Assembly: GCA_024679065.1 (NCBI GenBank)
Contig: JAGIQG010000009.1
Location: forward strand, 102,610,001 to 102,674,000
Direction of reading: 5' to 3'
Origin: Sphyrna mokarran
Lineage: Eukaryota
Length of the DNA: 64,000 nucleotides
Below, one piece after another: positions 1 through 11,794 of the stretch; the first letter of the stretch is position 1, and each line of letters opens with the position of its first letter. Under the pieces are notes generated by a model. The model did not search any database and was not told where the DNA came from. It was given only the letters and a program-made list of their open reading frames with translations. Position numbers and translations under genes: made by a program.

Positions 1-739
1 CCATAGTGTATCTGAATAGGTGCCAAGTGTGGTGATTAGGGAATTAACACTGCAGCGTTAATATAAGACTACTTGTGACAATAATAAACTTTAAACTTTT
101 ACTACAAGGAGACTGGTCCAGAGTAATTCCAAGGCTGTGAAATTTTAGTTACAGCACTAAATTGGAAAAGCTGGGGTCAGAACAAAGGAGACTTAAGTGT
201 ACAAATCAGTATTGAAGGGAAAACTGTTCCCATTATATAGGGTCTTGGGTGGTGGACGCAGACTTCAGGATTTGGGGAGAGATACAAGGGGGTTGGGGAT
301 AGGGTGGGAACGGCAAGGCAGGAAGTAAGGAGAATAATTTTCTGCAGCGAGAGATCTGAAACCGGCCACGGTAGTTTGAGCTACCATACAATCCTGTTGG
401 ACTTGAAGCTGGCGTTGTGAGACTGCTTACCGTGATTTCATCACAGCTTACATCATGATTTCAAAACGAGTTTGCAGATTTACTGGAATGGGGTATTCCT
501 TCGTATTTTGTTTTCTGTTCGGACAGCTCCCTCTCATTTTTGGGGAGCTGCCCCTTTTAATTTGTCCCTATATTAATTTGTGTTAGTTTATTGGGTTGGC
601 ATTGAAAAGAAAAATCAGATTGCGGTGTAGGGATGCCATGGAGCTGGATTACTCTGGCTGTGACTCGGACTCTCGCGATCATAAATCTTTTTGTGGCTCC
701 AGGAAGTTGTTGAGTGAATTTAGATTTTTTTTTAAAACA

Positions 740-901
740 GGCTGGCTCCTTCCGTGCTATTCGCCCAATCGCTCCCTTACAGCCCCAGTGGAGGCGGGAG
801 CGGGTGAATCCGGATCCCAGTCCGCTTTGTGAAGAGGGTGAGAGCGGGTCGGGGTCCAGACTGAGCTCTGGATGCTGGCTGGAAGTTAAGACGTTGCGGG
901 G
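740..901 (+). promoter_or_regulatory. Probable CpG-rich promoter/5' UTR of the Ig-5TM gene
   Basis: Locally CpG-rich unique sequence with CCAAT (~765) and GC-box-like GAGGCGGGAG (~791) just upstream of the leader ATG at 902. Confidence 0.4.
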
Positions 902-968
902 ATGGAGCAGTTATTCCGTCTCCTGTTGCTGCCTGTCCTCTTCCAACTCCGGGCCGGCGGTGCAGAAG
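902..968 (+). CDS. Ig-5TM gene exon 1: signal peptide MEQLFRLLLLPVLFQLRAGGAE
   Basis: ATG in good context (GGGATGG), hydrophobic core, and a phase-1 donor (AAG|GT at 969) that joins the IgV exon in frame. Confidence 0.8.
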
Positions 969-1125
969 GTGGGGGGGGAGGGGGTAAGGGGGGGGAGGGT
1001 AGGGGGGGGGAGGGGGTGAGGGGGTGAGGAGGGGGAGGGGGAGGGGGGTAAGGAGGGGGAGGGGAGGAGCGGGAGGGGAGATGAGGAAGGAGGAGGGAGG
1101 AGGGAGGGAGGGGGTGAGGGGTGAA
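969..1125 (+). repeat. G-rich low-complexity tract with G-quadruplex potential at the start of intron 1
   Basis: Dense G3-G8 runs separated by A/T. Confidence 0.75.
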
Positions 1126-1304
1126 ACAAGGAGAGAAGCAAGTCCCCAGCAACGGGGAATGAATGGGAGCCGACTCAATGAATTGGTCAAATCCCCTCTA
1201 CCCCTGTACAGGGATATACCGGAGTCACTGCACTCTGCAAATGGCGCTTTTTTTTCATTGCTCAGACTCAGCTTCACGTTCCTTCACTGAATTATCTCTG
1301 AAAA

Positions 1305-1560
1305 GGGCGGCACGGTGGTTAACAGTACTGCCTCTCAGCACCGGGGACCTTGGGTCCCATTCCTGCCTGCGGTGAAGCCTGTCTGTGTGGAGCTTGCACA
1401 TTCTCCCCGTGTCTGCGTGGGTTTCCTCCCGCACTCCAGAGATGTGCGGGTTAGGTGGATTGGCCATGTGAAATTAGTCCCGAGGTTGGGGGATTAGCAG
1501 GGTAAATGAGCATAGGGCCTGGGTGGGATAGTGTTCGTGCAGATTCAATGGGCTGAAACC
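1305..1560 (+). mobile_element. HE1/V-SINE-type tRNA-derived SINE (representative of the CR1-tailed subfamily)
   Basis: tRNA-like head and V-domain GTCTGTGTGGAG..TGCACATTCTCCCCGTGTCTGCGTGGGTTTCCTCC. Similar copies lie at ~6913-7712(-), 8345-8640(-), 9875-10312(-), 14535-14828(-), 29865-30186(+), 35300-35605(+), 39575-39865(-), 43322-43635(-), 45525-45805(-) and 48452-48725(+). Confidence 0.85.
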
Positions 1561-1569
1561 CTGCCCAAC

Positions 1570-2130
1570 CACTTTTCCCCATTCCCTCCCACAGCCTCTT
1601 TGCCCTCTTCCTCCCCCAGCCTTTATGCCCCCTTCCGTCCCTCCAGCATATTTGCCCCCTCCCTCCAGCATATTTGTCGCCTCCAGCCTCTCTGCCCACC
1701 CCCCTCCCCCGCTGGCCTCTCTGCCCAGCCCCCTCCTCCGCCAGCCTCCCCCACCGGTCTCTTCTGCCCTCCCCTCCCCTGGCCTCTTCTGCCCTCCGGC
1801 CTGTTTGCATCATCCCCTTTGCCCCTGTCTTCCCCTCACAGCCTTTTTGTCCTCATTCATTCCCCCCACCCCCATACCCCCCCCCCCATACCCACACCTT
1901 TTCTCCCTGACCTTTTCTCACCAGCTCTCTCCCAGGTGGATTCTTTGCCTCCTTGTCCTCACCCATCTCCCCCTGTACCCACACCTTTTCTCCCTGACCT
2001 TTTCTCACCGTCTCTCTCCCGGGTGGGCTCTTTGCCTCTGCCCCCTTTTCCCCACCTTGTGTCTTTGCTCCCCCACCTCCTTTCCCTTTGAGCTCTTTCT
2101 CTCTCCCTCTCCCCTCCTGTTTCCCTTCAG
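1570..2130 (+). repeat. C/T-rich low-complexity tract with an internal ~35-bp direct repeat
   Basis: Polypyrimidine tract; TACCCACACCTTTTCTCCCTGACCTTTTCTCACC occurs at ~1889 and ~1976. Confidence 0.7.
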
Positions 2131-2522
2131 GCTCTTTAAACCCATCCTGCCTGCCACTTGCACTACACTCAGGTCAATTCATACACTGCTGCTCCCCCCA
2201 AGGGAGTGCTGCGCAGTCAGAAGCCTTGTCTTTCGGGTGAGGTTGAAGAGTGTAGGAATTGTCCCCAGTGTTGTTAGCAGATATCAATCCCTCAAATCAA
2301 CACACCAAAAAAAAGCCCAGAAGTTTCCGGCTGGTAACCCTGCTGTCGTGAACGGAGATTTGGCTGAGGGTCAAATTTTCCATCCTCACTTGCAGCGGTG
2401 ACTGGCCATGAATGGCTTGTTGTTGTCACACTGCGGAATCAAGGTGTGCACAAACTGACAGTCATATTTTCTACATTAGGGCAGTGACTGTCCTTCGTTG
2501 TGTCCTTTCATGGGGCTATTTA

Positions 2523-5500
2523 AATACACTCGGAACGAGTGCCTAGTTCGAGTCTTTACGTCGCTCGTCGACGTTTTTGTCAACCTCTAGCGAAACCCCA
2601 GTCAGGGGGGCTCACTTGATCTTGATTGAGGTACGTGTGTTGGAGTCACCTCTAAGATGTTACTAGCTAGAGAACGTGAGTTGGGTTCACAGCTAAGGTG
2701 TTATAGCTAGGTCGTGTTGTCATCCCAGGTGTGTATGGGCTTACTGGTGAGCCAATTTTGTCGGTCCTTGGTACTCGGGTCTCTGTACCCGCATGCATGG
2801 GGTGTCAATTTAGAGGGAATCAGGCCGAATTAAGGGGGTTCATTTCATTGACACTTTAGTTTCGCCAATCAGCCTGTTATAGCACGTTTTTGGCCATGTG
2901 GGAGGAAACCGGAGTGCCCGGGGAAAACCCACGCAAGCACAGGGAGAATGTGCAAACTCCCGCAGACATTGACCTTGGCCGGTAATCCGCCCTTGATCTC
3001 TGTAACTGCCCAGCCGACAGTGCTAGTCACCGGGCTGACGTGCTGCCCAAAGTCAGTCCATGTCAGCTCACACTACCGGCAGTGAAGTTCTGGATCACTC
3101 TCAGATCTCCACCCAAGAACCATCCATGCACCACCCGCCGAGTGCATGCCCCTTGTCATAGACAAGGTGGACTGTGACACCTGTAGGTGTAATAGGTGTT
3201 AGTATACATATTTACACATCACACGCTGTACAGTATATACAAACACACAGTCCGACAAACACCAAAGAGTCCTCCATATTGACATATGGGCTCTGCAGAG
3301 GGCAGTTTGCCATGATGTCTGACAAGTGGCCAGCTTGTCCTCCGGTTGTGATTGCCTCTCACCTGTCGTTGAAGATCCCCAATATCTCCAACGTGAGTGA
3401 CAAGGTGAGCCTTGAAATTTGTTGGGCGAATGAACGGAATCTCTTTATTCCCAGGAAGGCCATGAGGCTGTTATTCTTTTCCAACCATTTGCTCCTGGCG
3501 CCAACAACAAATCCAAAGTATTTGGGGTTCGGGCATCCCGTCAATTCCTCAATTTCTGGTCCCAGATGTTGGTACTTCTGGCACTTTTCCTGCCACGCCT
3601 TCTCCAGACTGTCATAGTTGTCCTCAAACCGGACTGTCACATCCACCACCGCTACCTGCTGGTCCTTTTCCCTCTTGAAGACGATGTCCGGCTTCCAGAG
3701 GCTGCCGTCCTTGGCAATGAGCCTTGGCTCCAGGTATGATGTCCAGCCGTATTTTCCGACATACTTATGCAGTTGGTCCAGGATCTTATTATGGCGTTTG
3801 ATCCGGCAGTTTTTCACGAATGGGCAAAAGCCTGAAATGTGACCGAGTGTTTCAAGACCTGTCCCACACCTTCGACAGGTCTTTGTGGCAGAGGGGTTCC
3901 CTCTCGACAGGGTCACCCTCGTCGGGTATAGGTTGCACCGGAGTAGCATGTTATTTACCAGGCGATGGGACTTCAGCTGGTATGCAGCCTTCATCCAACT
4001 GTTTGAAATTCTGTCATCGTGGTAGTAGTGAACTCCCACTCCTTGTGATGTGAGCTGTCTCCACTTGTGGAATTCCCATTCCCTCCACCCAGCATATCTA
4101 TTCAGTGGTTTGCTGGGTCCTGTCTCCTCGGCCGCCAGTGTCGGCAGTGCGGCTCTGATCATGGCTGTTTCGTCATTGCCACCGTCTTCCCTTGTAGGCA
4201 TGAAGTCTTCGATGTCCCTCAAAGCCTTGAGGGATCTCAGATCTTCGATGTTTCTGCCAACGTCCTGTTCACAGAACTGGAATGAGGCGCGAATGACTTG
4301 ATCTGTGGAGGCAGACAGTGCTTCCCATTTTCGGATCACCGCAGATGGTATCTGGATCTCGAGCTTAGGAATGCCCAGACCTCCATTTCGCGCCCGCGAA
4401 TAGAGGATTCCATCTGTAGTATGAGGTGGAAGGTGCAGGAACTGCTTGACAGCATTGCATATTAATTGGTCCAGTTTTACCAGCGTGTTCTGTGACGCTC
4501 CAGTTAGGATCAGGTGATAGTACAGCCTTGGTATGACATGGACAGTTAGCAGCTCGACGCGTTGCCTTGGGCGAAGAGCTGCTGCTTGTAGACTGGAGAT
4601 CCAAGTCTTCAGCCTGTCCTCCCATGCTCCTTCTTCCACACCAGCCCACGGGTCTATCCGGGCTCCCAGTTATTTCTCTGTCTCACCTGGTGGGATGTAT
4701 GCAATCTCTTCCTTCTGAATCCTCCAGTTTTTGCATTGATTATAAATAAAGGTCTTCCTCTTACAGGTGAAGTGGAATCCTTTGGTCTTGTTGATGTTGA
4801 CAGTAAGACCAGTCATTTCGCAAAAAGTCTGAAGAACCTTCAGGTTCCGTACCATCCCGGTGTGCGAGTCACTGAGCAGGGCAATGTCATCAGCAAACGC
4901 AAGGGCGGAGCAGTTGATTCTCACTCCATCTAGCATCATACTGACACCAGACTTAGCCGCTTCCAGACTGCACAGCAGTGGATCCAAAGCAATATTGAAT
5001 AGTACCGGTGAGAGCGGGTCTCCTTGCTTGACACCCCTCTCGATTGTTATTGGGGTGGTTTTCGACTTGTCGCCTTCCACCACCGTTGTGTTGCCAGTGT
5101 AGAGATTCTGAATGAGCTCCACAAAGGCGTCTGGTAGTTTGACTCTCTGTAATGCTTTAAAGAGTAGTTTGTGACCAACTGAGTCGAACGCTTTCGCCAA
5201 ATCAACAAAGACGACTGCGAGGTCCTTGTGGTTTTTCTTAGCTCCCTTCATTATATTTTGCAACACTGCAATGTTCTCATTGCACCCGGAGTAGCTGCCA
5301 AAAACCCTTTCTGCCTTGGGTTTATGTCGACTGTCTCACTCAGTCGTTTCGCCATGATCTTTGTAAATAGGCGCAGCAGCATTGGACCGATGGTAATTGG
5401 TCGCCAGTTGTCAATATTTTTAAGGCGTTCCCTGTCCTCGCATTTTGGGATCAGGACCGTTCGACTCTGTTTCATACAGAGAGGGATCGTCTTTGAAGCC

Positions 5501-6886
5501 AACCACAAGGAGAAGAGACGAGGTATGCGGGTTTCGTAGGCCTCGTGTATCTTCCGGATGTCCTCCAATTTCTGCCCATCCGGTCCAGGCGCGCTATCCT
5601 CCTTTATGCCCTTGATGGCCTGGGTAACCTCCTCTTCGGTGATTGGCTTCATCAACTCACCGTTATCTGTATTCCCATTGTACGCTTGGAATTTATTGAT
5701 ATTTGCCTTATTGTTCTGACTGGAGAGTTTCTCCCGAAAGCTTGCCTCCAGTTCCTCAGTCGTAAGTGGACATTTCATTTGTGTAGGCGCGCCCATGATC
5801 TGCCGGGCTAGTTGACGCCTATTGTTCTTGTAGAGCATCTGTGTTGCTCTAAAGACGGATTTCTGTTTTGCCCATCGTTTCTTTGCTCCACTATTAACCT
5901 CGTGCCGAGGCCCTCGGTTAACTTTCTTTCGTGCCTTCTCTTTCGGACAAGCCTTCTTTTGCCCTTTTCCATCACCTCTCATCAGAAGGTCAGTGATGCT
6001 CTCGATTAAACCCACTGCCAGGGTTAGATCTTCAGGGTCGTTCCTCGCAGATAATAGCCTCTCGATTTGGCTGAGATTCTCCTCCACATCCCTATGCTTA
6101 GGGACATGTGCCATAGGCTGACTGATGGAACTTACCTGCGGTACCAGATCTCTGACATCTCCCTCTTCAGGCTCCTGTTCTCTCTCAGAGTCTGGGTTCT
6201 CAGCCACAACTGGGAGTGCGTTGTTTGCTGATTTGCGCGCATTTGCCAGCAGCCTGCGCTTTTCAGAGATTTGTTTGGCCGTTTTAGTTGTTAAAATACT
6301 CCCAATCTCTTTATTGATGTACCGGGCACCAACAAATCTCTGTTCAAGCTCCACGAGGAGCGATTCCTCCTCCTCGGACCATACGCTCTTACTTCTACCT
6401 CGTTTGGCTGGGGGCTTAGGTAGTGCCTTTTCCGCACGTTTTTCATTGCGGAGGACCGGGTGACGGTGTCGCTCATGCTGGCTGAGTCCACTTTCTGTAG
6501 TGAAGGCCAACTCACATGCACTGCACTTGTATTGACCCACTGCCAGAGGCTTCACGCCCTGACATTTTGGGTAGTGGCAGGCAATTGAGTGGTACTCACC
6601 AGTCCTCCCGCACCGAGCACACTTAGTCACGATCTTCTTGGTCCTGTGCACTTTCTTGAGATGGTCTCTGAAAGCCCCAACCGAGGAGTGTATGGACTTG
6701 CAAGGCTTGCAATACAACGCATCAGTAGGGTAATGGATCACCACCTCCTTAACCTCTGAGCGGTCCTCTGTAGATGTTATTGTAATTGTCTCGATGAAGG
6801 TGCCCTCCTCCTGAGCACCTCCATCGCTTGCGGTATTTTGGCTGTTATCATTATTTCCCAAGCCCTTATTCAGGGCTAAATATGCC
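2523..6886 (-). mobile_element. R2-clade non-LTR retrotransposon, 5'-truncated, inserted outside rDNA
   Basis: Single ORF (3359-6886) broken by one frameshift (~5280) and one in-frame stop (4670, KYLG to K*LG). It encodes three N-terminal zinc fingers, a Myb domain (WSEEEESLL..KTAKQISEKRR), RT (GVKQGDPLSP, LAFADD), a CCHC knuckle and a restriction-like endonuclease (RHN, KPDIV, VDVTVRFE, KCQKY). It has an ~835-nt 3' UTR and a candidate 5-bp TSD ATTTA at 2518-2522 and 6887-6891. Confidence 0.9.
2850..3215 (-). ncRNA. Structured 3' UTR cassette in the R2 element: TACTAAC branch point, CTACAG|G acceptor, multi-stem RNA and degenerate tRNA-head/V-SINE domain
   Basis: Colinear similarity and compensatory base changes relative to 26410-26770 and 55550-55880. 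Confidence 0.6.
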
Positions 6887-7351
6887 ATTTAGAGCTTGGG
6901 GTGTACTGAGTTCATAGAATCCCTACAGTGAAAGAGGAGGCCGTTTGGCCCATCAACCCCGCACCAACAACAATCCCATCCAGGCCTTACCCTGTAACCC
7001 CATGTATTTACCCTAGCTAGTTCTGCTGACACTAAGGGGCAATTTAGTTTGGCCAATCACCGTAACTGCCTCATCTTGGGGCACTAAGGAGCAACTTAGC
7101 ACGGGCAATCCACCTAACCCGCACATCTTTGGAGTGATGTGGAGGTGCCAGCATTGGACTGGCACAGTAAAAATTCACACAATACCTGTCCAACAGGTTT
7201 ATTTGATATCACAGGCTTTCGGAGGCTACTCCATTAGAGAGTGGAGAGTTGGGTTCACAAGCATGGCATATATACACAGAGACTCAATTGCAAGATAATG
7301 ATTAGAATGTGAGTCTTTTCAGATAATCAAGTCTTTGGAGTGTGGGAGGAG

Positions 7352-7573
7352 TGATGTGGAGATGCTGGCCTTGGACTGGGGTAAACACAGTAAGAAGTCT
7401 CAGCACACCAGGTTAAAGTCCAACCAGTTTATTTGATAGTAAACTCACAAGCTTTCAGGATTTGCCCCTTCATCAGGTGAGTGGAGAGCTCTTGTCTCAA
7501 TCAGAGCATATCATATCACTATCAAATAAACTGGTTGGACTTTAACCTAGTGTTGTGAGACTTCTTACTGTGT
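7352..7573 (-). mobile_element. Short inverted Penelope-like pLTR relic with a minimal hammerhead ribozyme (7443-7482); a related fragment lies at ~7135-7335
   Basis: Minus strand reads ACTCAC-CTGATGA-AGGGGCAAATCCT-GAAA-GCTT-GTGAGT; inverted arm at ~7515-7573; resembles the 19-21 kb PLE end; nested in an HE1 SINE. Confidence 0.7.
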
Positions 7574-7951
7574 GTGAGGAAATAGAGAACATGAAGAAAA
7601 TCCATACAAACAAGGGGAGAACATGTAGACTCAAGATGGACAGTCATCAGAGACTGGGATTGAACCTAGGTCTCTGACGCTGTGAGACAGCAGTGCTCAC
7701 CATTGTGCCACCCAAGCGGGGGGTCTGTCTTTCCAACTTTCTTCCATACTCGGCAGATCAGGCAGCATCTGTGGAGAGAAACAGAGATTCAGGTTGGGAT
7801 GGCCTTTCATCAGAATGGAAGGAAGGTAGAAATATCAGAGTTTATAAGCAAGAGGAGGTGGGGAGCTGGGGGGGAGAATAAAAGTACATTCAATATCAGT
7901 GTTTCACTGTCACACTTCGAGAGATTACATTTGCTGTTTTATGTTATTCAG

Positions 7952-8257
7952 CCGGAGGAAGAGAAGTATTTGGTGTCCATGGTTGCTCGGTTTTACTGGA
8001 TCCAAAATATGAAGCCAATCTCAGTGAGAGTGAAGTTATGTGGACATTCATCGGCAGCAATGGGAACCTGGTTACCATTTTGGATTACGTACCAAATCAC
8101 CCAATGGAGGAACCAAATAAGCACTTCAAATCTCGCTTACAATTCAGTTCATCCAATGGAGCGCTGACGTTAAATGATTTAAACTCCGGTGACCAAGGGG
8201 TTTATCGCATGACTGTCGATGACAAATTACAATGGAATGCATCTCTGAAACTCATTG
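7952..8257 (+). CDS. Ig-5TM gene exon 2: V-set Ig domain of CD2/SLAM/CEACAM type (no canonical B-F disulfide)
   Basis: TTCAG| acceptor and G|GTGAGT donor, phase 1-1; AGGREVFGVHGCSVLLDP..VMWTF..FKSRLQFSSSNGALTLNDLNSGDQGVYRMTV. Confidence 0.9.
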
Positions 8258-8691
8258 GTGAGTTGTTTGGAAATTCTCAGTTTCAAAGTGTTGCCACTCA
8301 GACAACAAAAAAGTTAATTTCCATTCACTCCACATTCAGGCCTATCATAGAATCCCTACAGTGCAGAAGGAGGCTATTTGGTCCATCAAGTCTGCACAAT
8401 CCCATTTACGTGCCCTATTCACGTAACCTCACACATTTACCCTGCTCGTCTCCCTGATACAGATCAGCCTAACCCACACGTCTTTTGGGCTGTGGGAGAA
8501 AACCTGATCACCCGGAGGAAACCCACGCAGACACAGAGAGAATGTGCAGACTCCACGCAGATAGTGACCCAAGGCTGAAATTGAACTTGGGACCCTGGCG
8601 CTGTAGGTAGCAGTGCTAATGGCTGTGCCACCATACCACCCACAATTCCCTGGGCTCATTTGGGATTTGAACCCAGGACCTCTTGGCATTC

Positions 8692-9725
8692 TGGTGGTTG
8701 AGGGAAATTTTTCATCCTGGAGTTCTGTTACAAGTGGTGTACCTCAGGGATCTGTTTTGGGGCCCCTGCTGTTTGTAATTTTTATAAATGATCTGGATGA
8801 GGGTATTGAAGGATGGATGAGTAAATTTGCAGATGACACCAAAGTCGGAGGAGTGGTAGATAGTGAAGAGGGGTGTTATAGTTTGCAGAGAGACTTGGAC
8901 AAGTTGCAGAGCTGGGCCGAGAGGTGGCAAATGGAGTTTAATGAGGAAAAGTGTGAGGTAATTCACTTTGGCAGGAATAACAAATGTGTAGAGTATAGGG
9001 CTAATGGTAGGACTCTTAATAGTGTTGAAGAACAGAGGGATCTTGGTGTATGTGTGCATGGATCCCTGAAAGTTGGCAATCAAGTCGAAAAGGTTGTTAA
9101 GAAGGCATACGGAGTCTTAGCTTTTAATGGTAGGGGGATTGAATTTTGCAGCCGCAACATCATGTTGCAACTGTACAAAACTCTAGTGCGGCCGCTCTTG
9201 GAGTATGGTGTGCAGTTCTGGTCCCCGCATTATAAGAAAGGTGTGGAGGCATTGGAGAGGGTACAGAGGAGGTTTACCAGGATGTTGCCTGGTATGGAGG
9301 GCAGGTCTTATGAAGAGAGGCTGAGGGATTTGAGGTTGTTTTCGTTAGAAAGGAGGCGGCTAAGAGGGGACCTTATTGAAACATATAAGATGATTAGAGG
9401 TTTAGATAGGGTGGACAGTGATAGCCTTTTTCCTAGGATGGAGAAAGCTAGCACGAGGGGACATAGCTTTAAATTAAGGGGTGGTAGTTATAGGACGGAT
9501 GTCAGAGGTAGGTTCTTTACCCAGAGGGTGATAAGGGTATGGAATGCCCTGCCTGCTGCAGTGGTAGATGTGCCAAGTTTGGTGGCGTTTAAGAGGTTAG
9601 TAGATAAGTTTATGGATGAAAAGGGAATGGTTTAGGTTAGAGAGTCATTGCTTTTTTTTTAATTGGTCGGCACAACATCGAAGGCCGAAGGGCCTGTTCT
9701 GCGCTGTAATGTTCTATGTTCATGT
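8692..9725 (+). mobile_element. CR1 LINE, 5'-truncated 3' kilobase
   Basis: [24 protein letters not shown] and a CR1 3' tail; very similar to 62320-63345. Confidence 0.92.
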
Positions 9726-10369
9726 TTAGGGTTGTTAACCTCCAGAATTGGAGGGCTTTTGAACCAGATAATTGGAAGTTTTTAATAGGGGACTGGTGAT
9801 GTAGGGTAGTATTGGGATTAAGATTATATTCCGTTTTGGAATTTCAGACAAATAGGCTCGCAGGAAACCTTGAATCATAGAATAGTAGAGTCCCTACAAT
9901 GCAGAGGGAAGCCATTCAGCCCATCGAGCCTGCACTGACCACAATCCTGCCCATACCCTAGCACTGTAACCTCATCCATAACCCAAGGTAACATCATAGA
10001 ATCCTTACAGTGCATAAGGAAACCATTCAGCCCATCGAGCCAATACTGCTGGCAACTCCATCCAGGCCCTTTCCTGCAACCTCGTACATTTACCCTAGCT
10101 AATGCCCCTGACAGTAAGGGGCAATTCAGCATGGCCAATCAACCTAACCCGCACATCTTTGGACTGTGGGAGTAAACTGCAGCACTCGGAGGAAGCCCAC
10201 GCAGACACGGGGGGAATGTGCAAATTTCACACAGACAGTGATCTGAAGCTGGAATTGAACCTGGGTCCCTGGGACTTGTGAGGCAGCAGTGGCAGCCACT
10301 GTGTGGTACAGCACATCTTAAAAATTCTGCTAATGAGCTCAATATGAACTAAACAGAATATTTGTTTAA

Positions 10370-10705
10370 GTTCATTCTTGGGACGTGGGCATCGCTGGCT
10401 GACCAGTATTTATTGTCCTAGTTGCCTTTGGAGGGCGGTTGAAGTCAACCACATTGCTGTGGCTCTGGAGCCACATATAGGCCAGACCAATTAAGGACAG
10501 CAGATTTCCTTCCTTAAAGGACATTAGTGAACCAGATTGGTTTTTACAACAATAGTTTCATGGTCATCAGTAGATTCTTAATTCCAGATTTCTTTTTGTT
10601 AAATTCAAATTCTTCCTGGCAGGATTACGAGCCCAGGTCCCCAGAACATAAGTTGAGTTTCTGAATTAATAGTCACATAATAATATCACTAGGCCATCAC
10701 CTCCC
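10370..10705 (-). mobile_element. Second tRNA-derived SINE family (representative copy)
   Basis: Recurrent GAGTCAACCACATTGCTGTGG..AAGGACATTAGTGAACCAG..GGATTCGAAC unit, also at ~28125-28440, 36645-36975 and 52135-52470; the tail matches LINE-like 3' sequence at ~63420-63530. Confidence 0.65.
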
Positions 10706-11200
10706 CCATGCATTTTAATTTCCTTATAAGTTCCTTATAAGATTCACAACCTTATAAGAGGCTGGTGGATATCAATTCGATGTGGGATCATTAGGTACAT
10801 TGGCTAAATTCTCCCTCAATGTATCTGAACAGGTACCAGAGTGTGGCGACTAGGGGATTTTCACAGTATTTTCATTGCCGTGTTAATGTAAGCCTACTCA
10901 TGACACTAATAAATAAACTTTAATTTTAAACTTTAAACCTGGAGCCAGCACGAAGCAAGACCCATTAACCCAAATGCTTGTTTTCCTGTCAGTGGATCAA
11001 TTTAATTCCTGTGCACATTAAATGTAGTCACTGAGAAATTGGTCAGAGTTTGCATTTGAGGAGGACAAGCAGAACGGTTTAAGGACGTCACTCCCCCTGA
11101 GTGTGGGAGAAGCTTGGAGAAAGGGAAAGGTTTAAGCAGCAGGATGAGAACTTCATATTTAAAGTTTTGTGGGATGAGGGTCAATGTCAGTCAGTTAAAG

Positions 11201-11355
11201 CAGGGGGGAGGGGCTGGGGTGGGGAGGGTGGGGTGTTGCAGGGGGAGGGGTGGGGGGTGGGGTGGGATGGGACGGGGGCAGGAGGAGTGGGGCGGGGTGA
11301 TGGAGTGGGGGCGGGGGGAGTGGGGTAGGGAGGGGATGGGCGGGGGGGTGGTGAG
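11201..11355 (+). repeat. G-rich low-complexity tract
   Basis: Multiple GGGG runs. Confidence 0.7.
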
Positions 11356-11794
11356 GTTGCAAGCTACGTGTAACAGATTTAAAAAGGGAGAAGATACAAG
11401 CAACAGAGTTATAGATATGCATGAGGTTTCTGGTGGGTGAAAGGTGGGAGACAGGCTCAGAGAAAGTGAACAGAAAGTGCTGGAAAATCTCAGCATATCT
11501 GATAGAATCCATGGAAAGAGAATACATATCGAACCTAGGTGCTCTGACGAGGGGTCAGCCAGACTCAAAATGTTAGCTCCTTTCTCTCTCCGCAGATGCT
11601 GTCAGACCTGCTGAGATTTTCCAGCGTTTTCTGTTTTTTTTTGTTTCAGACACCAGCATTCGCAGTGCGTTGCTTTTATATTACATTGGAACAGTGGAGA
11701 CTGGAGTGAGGAAGTGATGGTTGAATGTATCAGCTGAGCTGGTGTCTGGACAAAGCCAGATAGTGTAACAGAAAGGAAGTGTAGAAATAGGGCC

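Noticed and set aside
596-2401. Pro-, Gly- and Arg-rich ORFs of 60-258 aa
   Set aside because: They are translations of G-rich and C-rich low-complexity DNA on both strands, with no domain signal.
6886-6888. ATG start of the 545-aa R2 ORF, implying a full-length element
   Set aside because: The ATG overlaps the candidate TSD at the junction, and there is no 5' UTR or HDV-like ribozyme, so the copy is 5'-truncated.
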